Assembly: GCA_030390025.1 (NCBI GenBank)
Contig: JASTWF010000035.1
Coordinates: 2,604,001 to 2,668,000, forward strand
DNA from: Squalus acanthias
Lineage: Eukaryota
Reading direction: 5' to 3'
Length of the DNA stretch: 64,000 bases
Part shown: positions 48,930-61,324 of the stretch, piece after piece
Layout: the number at the start of each line of letters is the position of its first letter
Numbering within the stretch: position 1 is the stretch's first letter
Translations under genes and position numbers: made by a program
Notes under the pieces: generated by a model
What the model saw: the letters and a program-made list of their open reading frames with translations, nothing else
Told to the model about the DNA's origin: nothing
Database searches by the model: none

Positions 48930-50832
48930 TGTAATAAAGCTGCTCCTGACTCTGTCCCTGCCTCAGCTCATCTGCTGCTGAAATCCTCATCCATGCCTTT
49001 GTTACCTCTAGACTTGATATTCCAATTCACTCCTGGCCGGCCTCCCACATTCTACCGTCCGTAAACTTGAGGTCATCCAAAACTCGGCTACCCGTGTCCT
49101 AACTCGCACCAAGTCCCGTTCACCCATCACCCCAATGCTTGCTGACCTACAACGCCTCGGTTTTAAAATTTTCATCCTTGTTTTCAAATCCCTCCATGAC
49201 CTCACCCCCTCCCTATCTCTGTAATCTCCTCCAGCCCTACAACCCTCTGTGATATCTGCGCTCTTCCAATTCTGGCCTCTTGAGCATCCCCAATTTTAAT
49301 AATTCGACCATAAGAACATAAGAAAAAAGAACAGGAGGAGGCCATTCGGCCCCTCTAACCTGCTCCGCCATTCAATAAGATCATGGCTGATCTGATCTTG
49401 GCCTCAACACCACTTTCCTGCCTGTTATCCATAACCCTTGATTCCCCTGTTTTTCAAAAATCTGTCTATCTCCGCCTTGAATATACTCAATGACTCCGCC
49501 TCCACAGCTCTCTGGGTCAGAGAATTCCACAGATTTACGACCCTCTGAGAGAAGAAATTCCTCCTCATCTCCGTTTTAAAGGGGCGACCCCTTATTCTGA
49601 AACTATGTCCCCGAGTTCTAGATTCCCCCACAAGGGGAAACATCCTCTCTGCATCTACCCTGTCAAGCCCCATCAGAATCTTATATGTTTCAATAAGATC
49701 GCCTCTCATTCTTCTAAACTCCAATGAGTATAGGCCCAACCTGCTCAACCTTTCTTCATAAGACAACCCCATCAACTCAGGAATCAACCTCATGAACCTT
49801 CTCTGAACTGCCTCCAATGCAAGTATATCCTTCCTTAAATAAGGAGACCAAAACTGTACGCAGTACTCCAGGTGTGGTCTCACCAACGCCCTGTACAGTT
49901 GTAGCAAGACTTCCCTACTTATATACTCCATCCCCCTTGCAATAAAGGCCAATATTCCATTTGCCTTCCTAATTACTTGCTGTACCTGCATGCTAACTTT
50001 TTGTGTTTCATGTACGAGGACCCCCAGATCCCTCTGTACCGCAGCATTCTGTAGTCTCTCTCCATTTAAATAATACTTTGCTTTTTTATTCTTCCTACCA
50101 AGGTGGATAACTTCACATTTTCCCACATTATACTCCATCTGCCAAATTTTTGCCTACTCACTTAATCTATCTATATCCCTTTGCAGACTCTTTGTGTACT
50201 CCTCACAACTTGCTTTCCCACCTATTTTTGTATCGTCAGCAAATTTGGCAACAGTACACTCGGTCCCTACATCCAAGTCATTAATATAGATTGTAAATAG
50301 TTGAGGCCCCAGCACTGATCCCTGTGGCACCCCACTAGTTACAGTTTGCCAATCTGAAAATGAACCATTTATTCTCACTCTCTGTTTTCTGTTAGTTAGC
50401 CAATCCTCTATCCATGCTAATATATTACCCCCAACACCGTGTGCTCTTATCTTGTGCAGTAACCTTTTATGCAGCACCTTATCGAATGCCTCTGGAAATC
50501 TAAATACACGACATCGACTGATTCCCCTTTATCCACCCTGCTCGTTACATCCTCAAAGAACTCTAGCAAATTTGTCAAACCATTGGTGGCTGTGCCTTCA
50601 GCTGCCTTGGCCCTTAACTCTGGAATTCCCTTCCATAAACTTCTTCGCCTCTCTACCTTTCATTCTTCCTAAGATGCTCTTTAAAACCTACCTCTTTGAC
50701 CAAGCTTTTGGTCATCTACCTACTATCTCCTTATGTGGCTCGGTGTCCAAGTTTATTTGATAACTCTCCTGTGAAGCACCTTGGGACATTTTACTAAGTT
50801 AAAGGTGCTATCGAAATACAAGTTGTTGTTAT
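48930..50832 (+). mobile_element. L2 LINE 3' end (48930-49300 and 50581-50832) split by a minus-strand CR1
   Basis: IQNSA..RVL..HITPML-type RT C-terminus and L2 tail gtgaagcaccttgggac...aaggtgcta..aaatacaagttgttgtt. Confidence 0.72.
49308..50580 (-). mobile_element. 5'-truncated CR1 (RT plus tail)
   Basis: ORFs 50154..50477 and 49425..50138. Confidence 0.92.
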
Positions 50833-50869
50833 TGCTCTTGTGAGGTTGGGCTTACATTGTCATTAAATA

Positions 50870-51683
50870 GTGTTTGATGGGGCAGTGCAGAGGGAGCTTT
50901 ACTCTGTATCTAATCCATGCTGTACCTGCCCTGGGAGTGTTTGATGGGACAGTGTAGAGGGAGCTTTACTCTGTATCTAACCCGTGCTGTACCTGCCCTG
51001 GGCGTGTTTGATGGGACAGTGTAGAGGGAGCTTTACTCTGTATCCAACCCGTGCTGTACCTGCCCCGGGAGTGTTTGATGGGACAGTGTAGAGGGAGATT
51101 TACTCTGTGTCTAACCCGTGCTGTACCTGCCCTGGGAGTGTTTGATTGGACAGTGTAGAGGGAGCTTTACTCTGTATCTAACCCGTGCTGTACCTGCCCT
51201 GGGAGTGTTTGATGGGACAATGTAGAGGGAGCTTTACTCTGTATCTAACCCGTTCTGTACCTGCCCTGTGAGTGTTTGATGGGACAGTGTAGAGGGAGCT
51301 TTACTCTGTGTCTAACCCGTGCTGTACCTGCCCTGGGAGTGTTTGATGGGACAGTGTAGAGGGAGCTTTACTCTGTATCTAACCCGTTCTGTACCTGCCC
51401 TGGGAGTGTTTGATGGGACAGTGTAGAGGGAGCTTTACTCTGTCTCTAACCCCGTGCTGTACCTGCCCTGGGAGTGTTTGATGGGACAGTGTAGAGGGAG
51501 CTTTACTCTGTATCTAACCCGTTCTGTACCTGCCCTGTGAGTGTTTGATGGGACAGTGTAGAGGGAGCTTTACTCTGTGTCTAACCCGTGCTGTACCTGC
51601 CCTGGGAGTATTTGATGGGACAGTGTAGAGGGAGCTTTACTCTGTATCTAACCCCGTGCTGTACCTGCCCTGGAGTTTTTGAT
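50870..51683. repeat. 67-bp minisatellite, ~12 units
   Basis: Unit gtgtttgatgggacagtgtagagggagctttactctgtatctaacccgtgctgtacctgccctggga. Confidence 0.96.
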
Positions 51684-51918
51684 TCTGGCACTGAGTGTAA
51701 AAGTGTTCCATTCTCTAAGGGTGCCACCCCTCACCAATTGAAAACCATAGCTTTCGTGGTAGCCTGCTCATCTACACGCTCTACCTAAGGAGGGCACTGG
51801 AAGGAAAGGTGGGAACTCGTTAAATAGATTATTCAGTTTGTGAAAAATGGAATGAATAGGAGAGCCTGCGACTGTAGATTTAAACACTTTTTGAAGACAT
51901 TTACATTTTATTTTTCAG

Positions 51919-51984
51919 CTGAAAAAGTCTCTTGGTTCAGAAATGAAGCATATCGAACTGGTGCTTGTTGCAGACAGTGTGGAG
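51919..51984 (+). CDS. ADAM-family exon, start of reprolysin (M12B) domain (LKKSLGSEMKHIELVLVADSVE); ADAM8/12/15/19/33-like group
   Basis: ttttatttttcAG acceptor and AG|GTGAGT donor. 66 bp, phase 0 to 0. KxxELVLVAD motif typical of the ADAM catalytic-domain start. Paralogue identity cannot be fixed by eye. Confidence 0.92.
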
Positions 51985-52300
51985 GTGAGTCGTTTCTGTA
52001 AAGAAGGAACATGCATTTATATAGCACCTTTCACCTCCTCAAGATGTTCCAAAGCGCTTCATAACCAGTCAAGTACCTTCGAAGTGTGATCACTGTTGCA
52101 ATGTAGGAAAGGTGGCATCCAATCTGTACACAGTAAAATACCACAAACAGTAATGACTAAGTGGACAGGTAATCTGTTTTAATGGTGTTGGTTGAGGGAT
52201 AAATATTGACCAGGACACCGGGGAGAACTCCCCTACTCTTAAAATAGTGCCATGGGCTCTTTTATGTCAACTTGAGAGGGCAGACAGGGTCTTAGCTTAA

Positions 52301-52474
52301 CAAATAACAACAGAAAATGCTGGAAACACTCAGCAGGCCAGGCAGCATCCGTGGAGAGAGAATCAGAGTTAACGTTAACTCGGTTTCTCTCTCCACGGAT
52401 GCTGCCTGGCCTGCTGAGTGTTTCCAGCATTTTCTGTTGTTATTTCAGATTTCCAGCATCCGTAGTATTTTGCT
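52301..52474. mobile_element. Penelope terminal-repeat fold-back (near-perfect ~140-bp palindrome plus tail)
   Basis: Arms aaataacaacagaaaatgctgg...gagttaac|gttaactc...ccagcattttctgttgttattt. Confidence 0.8.
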
Positions 52475-52477
52475 ATT

Positions 52478-53241
52478 GGCCCGAAAATTAGACCTAATAC
52501 GCGAGAGTACGCACTGTGTACTCTCGCGTTTTAGGTCTCCAATTGCCGGTTTCCTGCATGCACTGCGCATGCGCGGGAAACCGGCACTTCGTGAATTGAA
52601 AAGGGGGCGGTTCCTAAGTGAACCGCGTGCGCGCTACAGGCTGTGCGCACGCAGTGCACTTAGTTATTTTTGCAGCTTTGAACGCGCAGGTAAGTGTTGA
52701 AGATTTTACACATAAAGAAAGCAGGCGTAGGACCCCCTTTTAACAAGGTAAGTAGTTAATTAAGTGTTATTTAAAAAAAATTTCAACAGGTTTATCTTTT
52801 TTAGAGACTTTAAAGAAAGGTAAGTTTATTTTTATAACTTTTAAAAAGATTTTAAATTTTTTCAAAAATTTAATTTTTGGTTAAAGCGGTTAATTTATTT
52901 AACTATACTTATTTTATTAATGTGATGGCTTTTTTTTTTATTTAATTGAGGTTTAGCTGTTCTTTTGGGGGGGGTTTAGTATTCATAGCTTTGACAGCTC
53001 TTGCCGTCAAAACTATGAATGAAAGATGGTGTGCTGCCATTGGCTCCAACTGAATCATGTGATCCCAGAGCTCGCACGAACTAATTGCGTCTCTGGGACA
53101 CTCAAGCACTGCACGGCTGCATGTGGGACTGGCCTTGAAACTAAAGTTCGTGTGGGCCCGGAGGAAAAAGGTAGGTGCGGAGTGAGATATCGCGGGGAAG
53201 CCTTACCCCCGCGTGAACACTCACTGTTTAATTTCTGGGCC
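52478..53241. mobile_element. Harbinger-type MITE (764 bp), inverted sibling of 21617-22360
   Basis: TIRs ggcccgaaaatt / aatttctgggcc and TSD ATT. Confidence 0.88.
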
Positions 53242-53524
53242 ATTGTCTTAGTTTAAGATCTCATTCAAAAGACAATCTAGTACTCAATAGTCAACTGTCG
53301 GTCTAGATTATGTGTTCAAGTTCTCAAGTGGGCCTTGGACACACAACTTTCTGACTCAGGTGAGAGTGCTCCCACTGAGCCAAGGCTAATACAAACATAG
53401 GATGAGGGTTTTTTTAAGACAGTTTACCTGTCGAGTTACCTACATGAACACCAACCTTAATTCAGTGAATAATTCATCCTGTAAAAAATGTCCAAATTGC
53501 AGTTCTGACAAAGAATCATTACTT

Positions 53525-56500
53525 ATAGAATCATAGAATAATAGAGCACAGAAGGGGGCCATTCAGCCCATCATGCCTATGCCAACTCTCTAAAAGAGCG
53601 ACCAATTAGTGCCACTCCCCATAGCCCTGCAAATTTTTCCTTTTCAAGTATATATCCCATTCCCTTTTTAAAGATGCTATTGAATCAACTTCCACCACCC
53701 TTTCAGGTAGTGCATTCCAGATCATCATAACTCAACTTGAGTAAAAATATTTCTTCTCATCTCCCCTGGCTTTTTTGCCATTATCTTAAATCTGTATCCT
53801 CTGGTTACCGACCCTCCTGCCAGTGGAAACAGTTTCTCCCTGTCTACTTCATCAAAACCCCTCATAATTTTGAATACCTCTATTAAATCTCCCCTTAACC
53901 TTCTTTGATCTAAGGAGAACAATCTCAGCTTCTCTAGTCTCTCCACATAACTGAATTCTCTCATCGCTGGTACCATTCGAGTAAATCTCCTCTGCACCCT
54001 CTCCAAGGCCTTGACATCCTTCCTAAAGTGCGGTGCCCAGAATTGGCCACAATACTCCAGCTGGGGCCTAACCAGTGTTTTACAAAGGTTTAGCATAACT
54101 TCCTTGCTTTTGTACTCAATGCCTCTATTTATAAAGCCAAGGATCACATATGCTTCTTAACACGAGCTTCCTCTCACCCCTCTTCATCTAACCCCATCAA
54201 CATATCCTTCTATTCCTTTCTCCCTCATATGCTTATCTAGCTTCCCCTGAAATGCATCAATCTATTCGCATCAAGTACACCCTGTGGTAGCAAGTTCTAC
54301 ATTCTAACCACTCTCTGGGTAAAGAAGTTTCTCCTGAATTCCCTATTGTATTTATTAGTGACTATCTTATATTGATGGCCCCTAGTTCTGATCTCCCCCG
54401 CCAGTGGAAACATCTTCTCTACATCTACCCTATTAAACTCTTTCATAATCTTGAAACGTAGAAGATAGGAGCAGGAGTAGGCCATTCGGCACCTCGAGCC
54501 TGCTCCGCCATTTAATGAGATCATGGCTGATCATCCAAATTCAGTACCCTGTCCCTGCTTTCTCCCCATATCACTTGATCCCTTTAGCCTTAAGAAATAT
54601 ATCTAACTCCTTCTTGAATATATTTAATGAATTGGCCTCAACTGCCTTCTGTGGTAGAGAATTCCACAGGTTCACCACTCTCTGGGTGAAGAAATTCCTC
54701 CTCATCTCAGTCCTAAATGGCTTACCCCTTATCCTTAGACTGTGACCCCTGGTTCTGGACTCCCCCGCCATCGGGAACATCCTTCCTGCATCTAGTCTGT
54801 CTAGTCCTGTTAGAATTTTATAAGTTTCAATGAGATCCCCTCTCATTCTTCTAAACTCTAGCGAATATAAGCCTAATCGACCCAATCTCTCTTCATACGT
54901 CATTCCTGCCATCCCAGGTATCAGTCTGGTGAATCTTCGCTGCACTCCCTCCATGGCAAGAACATCCTTCCTCAGATAAGGCGACCAAAACTGCACACAA
55001 TACTCAAGGTGTGGTCTCACCAAGGCCCTGTACAACTGCAGCAAGACATCCTTGCTCCTGTACTTGAACCCTTTCGCTATGAAGGCCAACATACCATTTG
55101 CCTTCTTAACTGCCTGCTGCACCTGCATGCTTACCTTCAGCGACTGGTGCACAAGGACACCCAGGTCTCGTTGCACTTCCCCTTTTCCCAATCTATTGCC
55201 GTTCAGATAATAATCTGTCTTCCTGTTTTTGCCACTGACCTCTATCAAGTCACCTCTCAGTCTTCTCTTTTCGAGAGAAAAGAGCCCCAGCCTGTTCAAT
55301 CTTTCCTGATGGGTATAATCTCTCAGTTCTGGTATCATTCAAGTAAATCTTTTTTGCACCTTCTCCAGTGCCTCTATATCCTTTTCACAATATGGAGGCC
55401 AGACTGTTCACAGTACTCCAAGTGTGGTCTTACTAAGGTTCCACACAAGTTTAACATAACTTCTTTGCTTTTCAATTCTATCTCTCTAGAAATGAACCCT
55501 AGTGCTTTGTTTGCTTTTTTTAATGGCCTTATTAACCTGCGTTGCTACTTTAAGTGATTTGTGTATCTATACCCGTCAGATCGCTCTGTTCCTCTACCTC
55601 ATTTAAACACCTATTTTCCAAGGATAATGTGGCCTCCTTATTCTTCCTACCAAAATGTATTACTTCGCATTTATAGTGAAGTTCATTTGCCAATTATACA
55701 TAAGAACATAAGAAATAGGAGCAGGAGTAGGCCATTCGGCCCTTCGAGCCTGCTCCGCCATTCAATGAGATCATGGCTGATCTTCTGCCTCAACTCCATT
55801 CACCGGCCCTATCGCCATATCACTTGATGCCCTTACTAGTCAGAAATCTATCGACTTCTGTTTTGAATATACCCAATGACTGAGCCTCCACAGCCTTCTG
55901 GGGTAGAGAATTCCAAAGATTCACCACCCTCTGTGTGAAGAAATTTCTTCTCATCTCAGTCCTGAATGGCCTACCCTTTATCCTGAGGCTGTGGCCCCTG
56001 GTTCTAGACTCCCCAGCCAAGGGAAACATTCTCCCAGCATCCACCCTATCAAACCCTGTAATAATTTTGTATGCTTCAATGAGATCCCCTCTCATTCCTC
56101 TGAATTCAAGAAAATACAGGACTAGTTTACTCAATCTCTTCTCATATGACAGTCCCGCTATCCCAGGAATCAATCTCGTGAACCTTCATTGCACTCCCTC
56201 TATGGCAAGTATATCCTTCCTTAGGTAAGGAGACCAAAATTGCACACTGTACTCCAGGTGTGGCCTCACCAAGGCCCTATATAATTGGAGTAAGACTTCT
56301 TTACTCCTGTAAGAACATAAGAAATAGGAGCAGGAGTAGGCCAATCGGCCCCTCGAGCCTGCTCCGCCATTCAATAAGATCATGGCTGATCTGATCCTAA
56401 CCGCCAATCTACTATCTGTCACAGAACCATCTCCTGCATCTAACAGAATTGCACACACGAAATAGGAGCAGAATCAGGCTACACGGTCCCTGGGCCCGCT

Positions 56501-59500
56501 CCACTACCCACAGGGCCATGACCGATCCGAACCTAGACTCATGTCCAAATTCCTGCCCGCTCCCCGTAACCCTTAATGCCCTTTACTTCTAGGAAACTGT
56601 CTATTTCTGTTTTAAATGTATTTAATGATGTAGCTTCTACAGCTTTTTGTGGCAGCATATTCCATGGACCTACCACCCTCTGAGTGAAGTAGTTCCTCCT
56701 CATCTCAGTTTTGAAAGAGCAGCCCCTTATTCTAAGACTATGTCCCCTAGTTCTAGTCTCACCCGTCATCGGGAACATCCTCCCCGCATCCACCCGATCC
56801 AACCCCTTCACAATCTTATATGTTTCAATAAGATCGCCTCTCATTCTTCTGAACTCCAATGAGTAGAGTCCCAATCTACCCAACCTCTCCTCATATGACC
56901 ACCCCCTCATCCCCGGGATTAACCGAGTGAACCTTTTTTGCACTGCCTCGAGAGCAAGGATGTCTTTCCTTAAGTAAGGACACCAAAACTGTATGCAGTA
57001 TTCCAGGTGCGGTCTCACCAATATCTTGTACAATTGAAGCAATACCTCCCTATTTTTATATTCTATCCCCCTAGCAATGAAAGCCAACATTCCATTTGCC
57101 TTCTTAATCACTTGCTGCACCTGCATACTAACCTTTTGAGTTTCGTGCACCAGGACCCCCAGATCCCTTTGTACTTCAGTACTCTCCAGTTTCTTGCCAT
57201 TAAGATAATAAATTGCTCTAGGATTTTTCCTGCCAAAGTGCATCACCTCACACTTTCCAGTGTTGTATTCCATCTGCCAAATCTCTGCCCACTTACTTAG
57301 CCTGTCTATGTCCCCTTGCAGGTTTTTTATGTCCTCCTCACTCACTACTTTCCCTCCCATCTAAGTATCATCTGCAAATTTTGATATGTTACACTTGGTC
57401 CCTTCCTCCAAATCGTTAATATAGATTGTAAAGAGTTGGGGACCCAGCACTGACCCCTGTGGAACACCACTAGTTACTGATTGTCAGTCTGAGAATGAAC
57501 CATTTATCCCAACTCTTTGCTTTCTGTTAGATAGCCAATCCTCTATCCATGCCAGAATATTACCCCCAATCCCGTGATTTTTTACCTTAAGCAATAATCT
57601 TTTGTGTGGCACCTTGTCAAATGCCTTTTGGAAGTCTAAATACACTACGTCCACTGGTTCCCCTTTATCCACTCTATATGTTACTTCCTCAAAGAACTCC
57701 AGCAAATTTGTCAAACATGACTTCCCCTTCGTAAAACCATGCTGACTTTGTCCTATTAAATTATGATTATCCAAATGTCCTGTTACTGTTTCCTTAATAA
57801 TGGACTCCAAAATTTTACCTACCACAGATGTTAGGCTAACCGGTCTATAGTTACCAGCCTTCTGTCTACTGCCCTTTTTAAATAAGGGTGTTACATTAGC
57901 AGTTTTCCAGTCTGCCGGGACCTTAGCGGAATCCAGGGAGTTTTGAAAAATTATTACCAATGCACTCAAATTACTCAAATCCTCTTGTAATGAAGGCCAG
58001 CATACCATTTGCCTTCCTAATGGCTTGCTGCACCTGCACATTCACTTTCAGTGACTCATGTACAAGGACACCCAGGTCGCTTTGAGCATCTGCATTCCCC
58101 AATCTTTCACCATTTAGGAAATACTCTGCCTTTCTGTTTTTTCTACCAAAGTGGATAACTTCACATTTATCCCCATTATATTCCATCTGCCATATTCTCG
58201 CCCACTCACTGAGCCTGTCGAGATCCCCTTGAAGCCTCTTCACATCCTCTTCGCAACTGACACTGCCACCTAGCTTTGTATCATCAGCAAATTTGGAAAT
58301 GTTACATTTAGTCCCCTCATCCAAACCATTGATATAGATTGTGCATAGCTGGGGCCCAAGCACCGATCCTTGCAGTACCCCACTAGTCACAGCCTGCCAT
58401 CCTGAAAAAGACCCGTTTATCCCTACTCTTTGTTTTCTGTCTGTTAACCAATTCTCAATCCATGCTAGTATATTACCCCCAATTCCATGTGCCCTAATTT
58501 TGTTCACCAACCTCTTGTGTGGGACCTTATCAAAGGCCTTCTGAAAATCCAGATACACCACATCTACCGGTTCCCCTTTGTCTACTCCACTAGTTACATC
58601 CTCAAAGAACTCCAATAGGTTTGTCAAACAGGATTACCCTTTCATAAATCCATGTTGACTCTGCCCAATCTTACTATTAGTTTCTAAGTGCCCAGTTATT
58701 GCATCCTTTATAATAGATTCCAGCATTTTCCCAACTACTGATGTGAGGCTAACAGGTCTGTAGTTCCCCGTTTTCTCTCTCCCTCCTTTCTTAAATGGCG
58801 GGGTTACATTTGCTATCCTCCAATCTGCAGGAACCATTCCAGAATCTATAGAATTTTGGAAGATGACAACCAATGCGTCCACTATCCCAATGGCCACCTC
58901 TTTCAAAACCCTAGGATGTAGGTCATCCAGTCCTTGGGATTTATCGACTTTTAGACCCATTAATTTTGCTAGTACTGTTTTTTTACTAATAATAATTTCT
59001 TTAAGTTCCTCATTCTCGCCATACCCTTGGTTTTCTCGTATTTCTGGGAGGTTTTTTGTGTCTTCCTCCGTGAAGACAGAAACAAAGTTTTTGTTTAATT
59101 TCTCAGCCATTTCCTCATTCCCCATTATAAATTCTCCCATCTCTGACTGTTAAGGACCTACATTTACCTTCGCTGGTCTTTTCCTTTTCACATACCTATA
59201 GAAGCTTTTACAATCCGTTTTTATATTTTTCGCTAGTTTGTGTTCATATTCCATTTTCCCTTTCTTTATCAATTTCTTGGTCCCCCTTTGCTGATTTGTA
59301 AAAAGATCCCAATCCTCAGGCTGACCGCTTTTTCTGGCAACTTTATAAGCTTCCTCCTTTGACTTAATACTAGCTTTAATTTCTTTTGTTAGCCATGGTT
59401 GGATCACTTTTCCTTTTGGGTTTTTATGCCCTAGAGGAATATATGTTTGTTGCAAATTATGCATTATTCCCTTGAATGTTAGCCATTGTATGTCCACCTT

Positions 59501-60720
59501 CATACCTTTTAGTGTAGTCTCCCAATCTACCATGGCCAACTTGTCCCTCATACCCTTGTAGTTTCCTCTGTTTAGATTGAAGATCTTAGTTTCAGATTGG
59601 ACTACATCACTCTCAAACTTAATGTAAAATATATGCCCATTCTGCAAGTCTATTAATGTCTTCCTGTATTTTATCACAGTCTTCCTCTTGGTGTCTCCCA
59701 ATTTGGTGTCATCGGCAAATTTTGAAATTGTACTTCTGATTTCCACGGCCAAATCATTAATCTAAATAGTGAACAACAGTGGTCCCAGCACCGATCCTTA
59801 TGGAATACCACTTCCCACCATTTGCTAATCCGAGTAACTACCTTTAACCCCAACTCTCTGTTTTCTGTTTATAGCCAGCTTGCTACCCATTCTGCTACTT
59901 CTCTCCTGATTCCACATGCTCTGACCTTAGTCATGAGTCTACTATGTGGTACCTTATTGAAGGTTTTTTGGAAATTCAAATATATTACATCTGCTGCATT
60001 ACCCTTATCTACCTTTGCTGTTACTTCGTCAAAGAATTTAAGGTTGTTCAAGTAGGACCTTCCCTTTTCGAATCCGTGCTAACTACCCTTTATTATATTT
60101 TCAGTTTCTAGTTTTTCTGTTACATCTTTGAGTAAGCATTCCATTATCTTTCCTACCACCGACATTAAGCTAATTGGTCTATAATTCCCTGGGCTTATTC
60201 TATCTCCCTTTTTAAATATAGGAATAACATTAGCTGTCCGCCAGTCCTCTGGCACTATTCCCTTTTCTAATGAATTTTAATATATATCTAATAGTGCCTC
60301 TGCTATCTCTTTTAATATGTGGAGATGCAATCCATCTCTACCAGGGGTTTTATCCTCTCTGAGTTTGATTAGTTCATCAATTATCTCCCCTCTTTCTATC
60401 TTAAATAGCTTTTTATCCTTTTTGATCTCTTCTTCTAATGTCATGCCCACCCTGTTAGTTTTGTTTCTCTGGTAAATACTGAGACAAATGAATTATATTA
60501 CTGCCATTTCAGTGTCATTACCCATGAGTTTATTGCGTGTATCCCTTCATGGCCGTATCCCTTTCCTGATTTTGCCTTTGTTATTCATGTGTTTGTACAC
60601 TACTTTACTATTTCTTGATAATTTAATTTTGTATTTTCTCTTTGCCTTCCTAATTGTTTTTTTGACTTTGTTCCTAACCTCTTCGTATTCCCTTTTGTCA
60701 TCCTCAGTCCTCCTCACTGT
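53525..60720 (-). mobile_element. Cluster of at least 7 nested or abutting minus-strand CR1 fragments
   Basis: RT ORFs 53725..54147, 54571..55338, 55820..56173, 56539..57360, 57484..58041, 57971..58627, 58634..59140, 59150..59752 and 59869..60051. Several 3' tails (53525, 54460, 55698, 56311, 56460). Confidence 0.9.
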
Positions 60721-61324
60721 TTGCCACATCCTTACTTTTGTGTCGTTAACAGATTTTGATATCATTCTCCCTGTTCCCAAGTCCAAATCTTCTCAAGAAC
60801 CCAGCACTAACCACTTCCAATCCTTCTCCAATCAAAGCAACACCTACTTACCCAAACTCTTCGATCGATTTTCAGTGCCTTAACCTGGCATTTCAGAGGG
60901 AGATGGATACTTACTTGAGAAGTAAAGTTATTAAGGGAGTTGAAGTAAAGGCACAGAATTGGGATTAAAGACATAGAGCTAGCATAGTGAATAAAGTGGT
61001 GGAGCATGCTGGATGGGCTGAATGGTCCATCTCTGAAGAGTTTTAGCATTGTGCTCCCATCGGAGCTTCAGACTGGATCTATTTTAAAATAGGAAGAAGA
61101 ATACTCTGCAGAATCTTGTTGCAACGGGCATGCACTATATTAAGAACACAAGGAGCAGGGAAAGGCCATTATCCCTGTGACAGAAATGCAGTATTTTTAT
61201 CTATGATGCATATGCATCATGGCATCTGTTTATTTCTTTCTGATACGGTACAAATGGGGTAAACAGAGAAAGGCCCTGCTTATTTTAATATAAAACCAGT
61301 TTTTCTTGTCTCAACCAGGTGACA

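Larger units (their letters stand above)
52005..53390 (-). mobile_element. Deu-domain SINE (minus; 52005-52300 and 53245-53390) split by a Penelope fold-back and a MITE
   Basis: Reverse complement of 63563-63997. Duplicated target gtcttag(c/t)ttaa at 52289 and 53245. Confidence 0.75.

Noticed and set aside
50870..51683. CRISPR-like array
   Set aside because: Units are contiguous with no unique spacers, there are no cas genes and the context is eukaryotic. The same applies to 9178-9500 and 26637-26855.
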